Positions 33,685 to 37,822 of a DNA stretch of 37,822 nucleotides are shown here, piece by piece. A model generated the notes under the pieces. It worked only from the letters and a program-made list of their open reading frames with translations, did not search any database and was not told the origin of the DNA. The DNA comes from a virus (Duplodnaviria > Caudoviricetes): the IMG/VR virus record IMGVR_UViG_3300038379_000443, positions 1 to 37,822 of that record. One strand, given 5' to 3'. The stretch's first letter is position 1; each line of letters opens with the position of its first letter. Both the position numbers and the translations under genes were made by a program.

Positions 33685-34056
33685 TCACTCGGACGAGCCG
33701 CCCTCACCGCCCTCCGGCGGCGAATCGTCACCGTCCGAGTCACCGTCGTCGTCGCTGTCGCTGGCGGATCCATCGTCGGTCGCCTTGGTGCGGCGCTTCC
33801 GGGTCGTCGTCGAGGTGCGGCGTGTGCGCTTCGGCTTGTCGCCGTCGCCGTCGCCGTCCGGGCTGTCGTCATCGTCGGGGTCGGTGAGCCGGTCGATCTC
33901 TGCTTGGACCTGTTCCTGGCGGCTGCGCATGAACGCGGTCGCGTCCTTGTTGCCGACTGCGACGGCGGCCTTCTCGCGGGCTTCGTACCCCTTGAGCTCG
34001 ACCTCGAGCGCGGCGAGGTACGCGTCGCGCTGCGCGTCGTTGAGGAATTCGGCCAT
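33685..34056 (-). CDS. Hypothetical protein with acidic/basic low-complexity tail
   Basis: SD AGGAG plus ATG 34056 (MAEFLNDAQRDAYLAALEVE...). Confidence 0.7.
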   Translation of the reverse strand: MAEFLNDAQRDAYLAALEVELKGYEAREKAAVAVGNKDATAFMRSRQEQVQAEIDRLTDPDDDDSPDGDGDGDKPKRTRRTSTTTRKRRTKATDDGSASDSDDDGDSDGDDSPPEGGEGGSSE

Positions 34057-34086
34057 CGTGTGTGTCTCTCCTGAGTGGTGGTGTGT

Positions 34087-34116
34087 GCCCGCCGGCGGTT
34101 CGGAGCGCCGGCGGGC
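34087..34116 (-). terminator. Hairpin after the capsid and decoration genes
   Basis: GCCCGCCGGCG-N8-CGCCGGCGGGC, 11-bp stem. Confidence 0.5.
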
Positions 34117-34135
34117 TAGGCCGTTGTGGGTGAGG

Positions 34136-34525
34136 CTACGCCGCGGGGGTCTGGTGCGGTGCGCCGCGGACGACGGTCGCGCCGGCGATCGCGCCGGTGG
34201 TCGCGCCGGCGGTGGTGATGACCGGACGGATGTACCGTTTGCGCCCGATGTACCCCTGCTTCTGCGGGGTGTTCGACGCAAGGTTCCCGAGCGTGCCGTG
34301 CAGGTCGGCGGCGGCGACGTCCGTGAAGGTCGAATTGTCGTCGGACTCCTGGATCTTCGGGACGTGCGTGCCGTCGGTGACGGCGCCGACGTCGAACTTG
34401 ACGAGGGCGCCTTCGTAGCCGGCGAGGTCGACGCCTGTGCCGTTGTGCGTCGCGTTCGTCCGGGCGGCGGGGCTGAGGGACTGGACGAACCCCAGCTCCA
34501 TGTTGATGTTGGTTCGGCTTGCCAT
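34136..34525 (-). CDS. Capsid decoration/cement protein
   Basis: Follows the capsid gene; GTGVDLAGY...IQESDDNSTFTDV...KRYIR; SD GAGGAGGAG. Confidence 0.72.
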   Translation of the reverse strand: MASRTNINMELGFVQSLSPAARTNATHNGTGVDLAGYEGALVKFDVGAVTDGTHVPKIQESDDNSTFTDVAAADLHGTLGNLASNTPQKQGYIGRKRYIRPVITTAGATTGAIAGATVVRGAPHQTPAA

Positions 34526-34555
34526 GTGGCTGTTCTCCTCCTCGGGAGCTGGGGG

Positions 34556-36121
34556 TCAGAACGTCGGGGTGACGAGTCCGGTTCCGGAGATCACCGTCGT
34601 CGCGGCGGGGTACCGGGCGAACGTGACAGCGACGTACGCCCACGCCTGGAAGATGACCTGGAGCTTGTCGCCCTTCGTCTCCTCGAGGACGCGGATGCGG
34701 TCGTCGCTTTCCATCAGGACGTGGTCCTGGCTGCGGGTCACGACGATGCGGTCCTCGTTCGTGCCGGCGCCCTTGTTGGTGGGGACGGTGTTGTCCTTGT
34801 ACCCCGTGTAGCCGCCGATGTTCACGATCGGGCCTTCGAACTCGGGGGTGGAGGCGCTGATGCCGAGGGCGTTCATCGGGCCCTGCGCGACGGGCAGGAC
34901 GAACGGCCGGTTCTGCGCGTCGAGCTGCGCGGCGATCCAGTTGTACCGGCGGCTCGCGAACCAGATCCCGTCGGGGGTGCGCTTGCGGTTCTGCTCGATC
35001 GCGTCGACGGCGCCCCAGATCTTCGGCCACAGCTCCGGGAACGTCGGGGTGGCGTCGGTGTAGCTGACGGTGTTGATCCCGGCGGTGTTGAGGATCCCGA
35101 GGACGTCGTCGCCGGCGCCGGTCCCGTCGAAGCACTGGGATTCGACGCGGTTTGCCTTGTCGGCGAGGAGGTCCCCGAAGATCAGCTCGTCGAACGCCAT
35201 CGGGGTGGAGTCGAGCGCGGCGATCGGCATGGTGATCTGGCCGGCGATCGTGCGGCGCGGGACCCGGACCATCGCGGTGGTCCAGTCGGTCTCCGTGACG
35301 GACTGGTTGTCGCCGTGCATCCCGGTGGTGCCGGACGCGACGATGCGGGGGATGTTGATCTCGTCGGTGTTGTCGGGCAGCGGGAGCCGGCGGAGCCAGT
35401 TCGCGAAGGGACGGCCTGCGCGGGCGCGGTCGGCGTACTCGTCGAGGAGCCACACCGGCGGCATGAACTCGCCGCCGAGCCCTTCGATGCGTTGCACAGC
35501 GCGCTTCTGGACGAGCAGCCCGGACGCGCGGAGCTGCTCACGCAACTCCGGCGGGAGGAACGACTCGTCGAGCATCCGCTCGAGCGCCTGGTCCTGGACG
35601 CGTTCTGCGATCTCCTGGCGGCGCTGGTACTCGTCCTTCATCTCCCGGCCGTGCCGTTCGACGCGGGCCTTCGCGACGTCGTCGTGGCGGTACTTCATGC
35701 GGGCGAGGTCCATGAGGTACGACATCTCCGGCTTGTCGCGCCGGTACGTGAGCGGCTCGGCGTTGACGCGCGCGTCGATGCCGGGCCCGTTGTCAGGGAC
35801 CTGTGCTGTGCGGGCCCGGTGGACACGCTCGGCGAGGTCCATCTCACTGCGAGCGTGCTCGAGGGTCCCCTCCGCCTCGGTGAATGCCTGCTCGAGGGCT
35901 TCGACGTCGGCGTCCGCGTCGGCGTTTTCGATCGCGGCGGCGGCGTCGCGGAGGGCGACGACAGCATCGCGGTGTGCCTCACGAGCACGTTCGACGCGGG
36001 CGCTCGTCGCCGCGAGCGGGTCTGCGACGGGGTCGGCGCCGGCGATGATGGGGATGCGCCGGCCGCCTGGGAAGACCCAGGCGTCTCCGTCGCGGCGTGG
36101 CGTGTTGGTGGCGTTGGACAT
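34556..36121 (-). CDS. Major capsid protein, HK97 fold, with N-terminal scaffold (delta) domain
   Basis: SD GGAGG plus ATG 36121; coiled-coil N-terminus; GGEFMPP, INIPR, GTGAGDDVLGILN. Confidence 0.93.
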   Translation of the reverse strand: MSNATNTPRRDGDAWVFPGGRRIPIIAGADPVADPLAATSARVERAREAHRDAVVALRDAAAAIENADADADVEALEQAFTEAEGTLEHARSEMDLAERVHRARTAQVPDNGPGIDARVNAEPLTYRRDKPEMSYLMDLARMKYRHDDVAKARVERHGREMKDEYQRRQEIAERVQDQALERMLDESFLPPELREQLRASGLLVQKRAVQRIEGLGGEFMPPVWLLDEYADRARAGRPFANWLRRLPLPDNTDEINIPRIVASGTTGMHGDNQSVTETDWTTAMVRVPRRTIAGQITMPIAALDSTPMAFDELIFGDLLADKANRVESQCFDGTGAGDDVLGILNTAGINTVSYTDATPTFPELWPKIWGAVDAIEQNRKRTPDGIWFASRRYNWIAAQLDAQNRPFVLPVAQGPMNALGISASTPEFEGPIVNIGGYTGYKDNTVPTNKGAGTNEDRIVVTRSQDHVLMESDDRIRVLEETKGDKLQVIFQAWAYVAVTFARYPAATTVISGTGLVTPTF

Positions 36122-36125
36122 GGGG

Positions 36126-36926
36126 TTACCTCCGGTCTGTGATGGTGGCGACGGCGAGGCGGCTGCGGGCGCGCAGACGCGCGAGCTGCAGTCGTCGCTC
36201 GTCGGTTGTGTCGCCGCCCACCGATTCCGGTGCGACGGGCTCATCCGCGCCCTCCGGAGCCTCCTGCGGCTCCTCGGCGACGCGTTCCTCCTGTGGGCCC
36301 GCCGGATCCGTCTGGCCGGCGCGACCCAGGTAGCTGCTCAGGTTGCGGGACGCGAGTTGTGAGTCGGTCTGCGGGTAGGCGCCCTGCGCGCAGATCGACA
36401 CGTCGTACAGCTCACCGATCTCGGTGATGGTGATCAGCTCGTCCTCGTTGCCGTCCGCGTCGTAAACGCTGTGACATTCGAGGCCGTTCGGCGCGATCGT
36501 GAACGCGAACGAAGCCTGCTTGACGACGCCGAGGCGCATCTTCTTCTCGAGGCGGGCGACGTCGAAGTCCTCGGGGTCGCACCGCGCGAAGAACCGCAGG
36601 CCGCGTTCGTCTTCCTCGAGCTCCAGGCCGCCGGTGCCGTCGACGTCGGTCGCGGCGACGGCGGTCTGGTTGTCGTGTTCGTGGACGAGGTGCACGAGCG
36701 GGTCGCGGGAGAGCACCGCGGCGAACGCGCCGGGGGCGATCACTTCCCGCAGACGCCACCATCCCCAGTCGAGCAGGACGGTCTCTTCGTCGAAGACGGC
36801 TGCGTGGCCTTGCATCGTGATCGTCCCGTCGCCGGTGTCGCCGGCGCCGCGGATCATGAGTCCGCGGATCGGTGCGACGGCACGGCGAAGCTCCGGCACG
36901 GTCGCCGGCTTGATCGTCGGGGGCAT
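36126..36926 (-). CDS. HK97-family prohead protease
   Basis: GHAAVF, EVIAPGAF, EHD, LELEEDERGLRF, SFAF, DVSI...GAYPQT. Confidence 0.93.
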   Translation of the reverse strand: MPPTIKPATVPELRRAVAPIRGLMIRGAGDTGDGTITMQGHAAVFDEETVLLDWGWWRLREVIAPGAFAAVLSRDPLVHLVHEHDNQTAVAATDVDGTGGLELEEDERGLRFFARCDPEDFDVARLEKKMRLGVVKQASFAFTIAPNGLECHSVYDADGNEDELITITEIGELYDVSICAQGAYPQTDSQLASRNLSSYLGRAGQTDPAGPQEERVAEEPQEAPEGADEPVAPESVGGDTTDERRLQLARLRARSRLAVATITDRR

Positions 36927-36930
36927 CGGC

Positions 36931-37822
36931 TCAGTCCTCCTGTGTGTCGTCGCCGGTGTCCGGCGGGTCGTCGTCTTCGTCGTCGTCGACGGGGGGTGCG
37001 TCGGTGCCGCCGCCGCCCTTCGCGGGGCTCGTGCCTCCGACGGGCGGCCAGTTCAGCTTGTCGCCGTCCGGGTGCGGCGGCAGCCCGAGCTCGCCGCGGC
37101 CCTCATTCGGGACCATGACCCCGACTTGCACGAGGTCGCGGATCTTGTTCGCGGTGGTGCTGATGTCGCCGCGGTGGAAGTCGAACGTGTCGAACCGCGG
37201 GTACTTCTTCCAGTCGGGGTAGAGGTCCCGGTCACGGGCGAAGGCCCGCTCGATGCGGCGGATCCGACCCCACAGGCTGAACCGTATGAACACGTCGCTC
37301 CACAGCTCCGCGGTCGCGATCCCACCGCTTTTCATCGCGGCGTGCATCAGGTCGATGGGGTAGATCCGGAACGCGCGCGCGACCTCCCGGGCGATCGCGT
37401 CGGACAGCTCGACGGCCTGGCTCTCGCGGAGGTTCGCGGAGACGGGGTGGACCTTGACACCTCCCCAGACGAGGCCTGGGCGGCCGCGCTGGCGGGATCC
37501 GCTGTGGCGGCGCATCCACGCGGCGAGCAGGTCGCGCCGCTGGTCCCTGCTTGGCCGGCCGGGGTGCTCGAGGATGATCCCGGGTGTCGCGTCGTTGTCG
37601 AAGTACCGGCCGCGGTATTCGTCGTAGGATCGGGCGCCGCGGAGCATCTCTTTGTGCAGGGACAGTGTGCTGACACCGTCGACGCCGGGGACGGCCGCCC
37701 AGCCGCGTACGACGACGACGTCCCGGGTGACGTTGCGGACCGCACCGTCGACGCGGGCCTCGACGATCATCGGTGACGTCGGCTTCTCCCGGTAGATCCG
37801 GAAGTACCCGGGGTCCATCGGG
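36931..37822 (-). CDS. HK97-family portal protein, 3' part
   Basis: YFDNDATPGIILEHP, REVARAFRIYP, NEGRGELGLPP; continuous with 1-574. Confidence 0.92.
   Translation of the reverse strand, partial: PMDPGYFRIYREKPTSPMIVEARVDGAVRNVTRDVVVVRGWAAVPGVDGVSTLSLHKEMLRGARSYDEYRGRYFDNDATPGIILEHPGRPSRDQRRDLLAAWMRRHSGSRQRGRPGLVWGGVKVHPVSANLRESQAVELSDAIAREVARAFRIYPIDLMHAAMKSGGIATAELWSDVFIRFSLWGRIRRIERAFARDRDLYPDWKKYPRFDTFDFHRGDISTTANKIRDLVQVGVMVPNEGRGELGLPPHPDGDKLNWPPVGGTSPAKGGGGTDAPPVDDDEDDDPPDTGDDTQED
37623..37822 (+). repeat. Terminal direct repeat, copy 2
   Basis: Matches 1-200 with one mismatch. Confidence 0.97.

Larger units (their letters stand above)
1..37622. mobile_element. Complete temperate siphovirus genome (HK97-like head, long non-contractile tail), excised or circular form
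   Basis: Full set of packaging, head, tail, lysis, integration, immunity and replication genes; terminal overlap; intact attP; no host genes. Confidence 0.95.

Noticed and set aside
33077-36142. 1021-aa plus-strand ORF and many other long plus-strand ORFs
   Set aside because: Antisense shadows of well-supported minus-strand genes; stop codons are rare in GC-rich DNA and no motifs are recognisable.
1-37822. Genetic code reassignment, anti-CRISPR, toxin-antitoxin or restriction-modification genes
   Set aside because: Core genes are intact under the standard code and no such motifs were recognised; small unknown ORFs cannot be excluded without searches.

Overview
The window is a complete, circularly permuted temperate siphovirus genome of 37,622 bp. 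Bases 1-200 repeat at 37623-37822 with one mismatch, and the portal gene reads through that join. It is very GC-rich and probably infects an actinobacterium (possibly Thermoleophilia; inferred from an mIHF-like gene). Almost all genes lie on the minus strand in one run: cro-like HTH, early genes (mIHF-like, ParB-like, xis), attP, VRR-NUC, replication initiator with internal palindromic iterons, sigma4-like regulator, HNH, TerS, TerL, portal, HK97 protease, capsid, neck, tail, tape measure, Dit, hub, lysis genes and a six-gene post-lysis module. Only the integrase, the repressor and one moron-like gene are on the plus strand. The most unusual feature is the recombination module. An intact attP (3' half of tRNA-Ala(UGC) plus arm-type repeats) lies in the middle of the lytic gene run, far from the repressor. 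The integrase is antisense to that run, shares a back-to-back ribosome-binding site with its neighbour, and overlaps xis, with both proteins ending in -AA. The phage also appears to carry its own actinobacterial IHF. Other oddities are a 114-bp structured tandem duplication, indels confined to accessory early genes, and a protein of sixteen 20-aa repeats in a possible fibre module. All product calls come from motif recognition by eye; no database searches were run.
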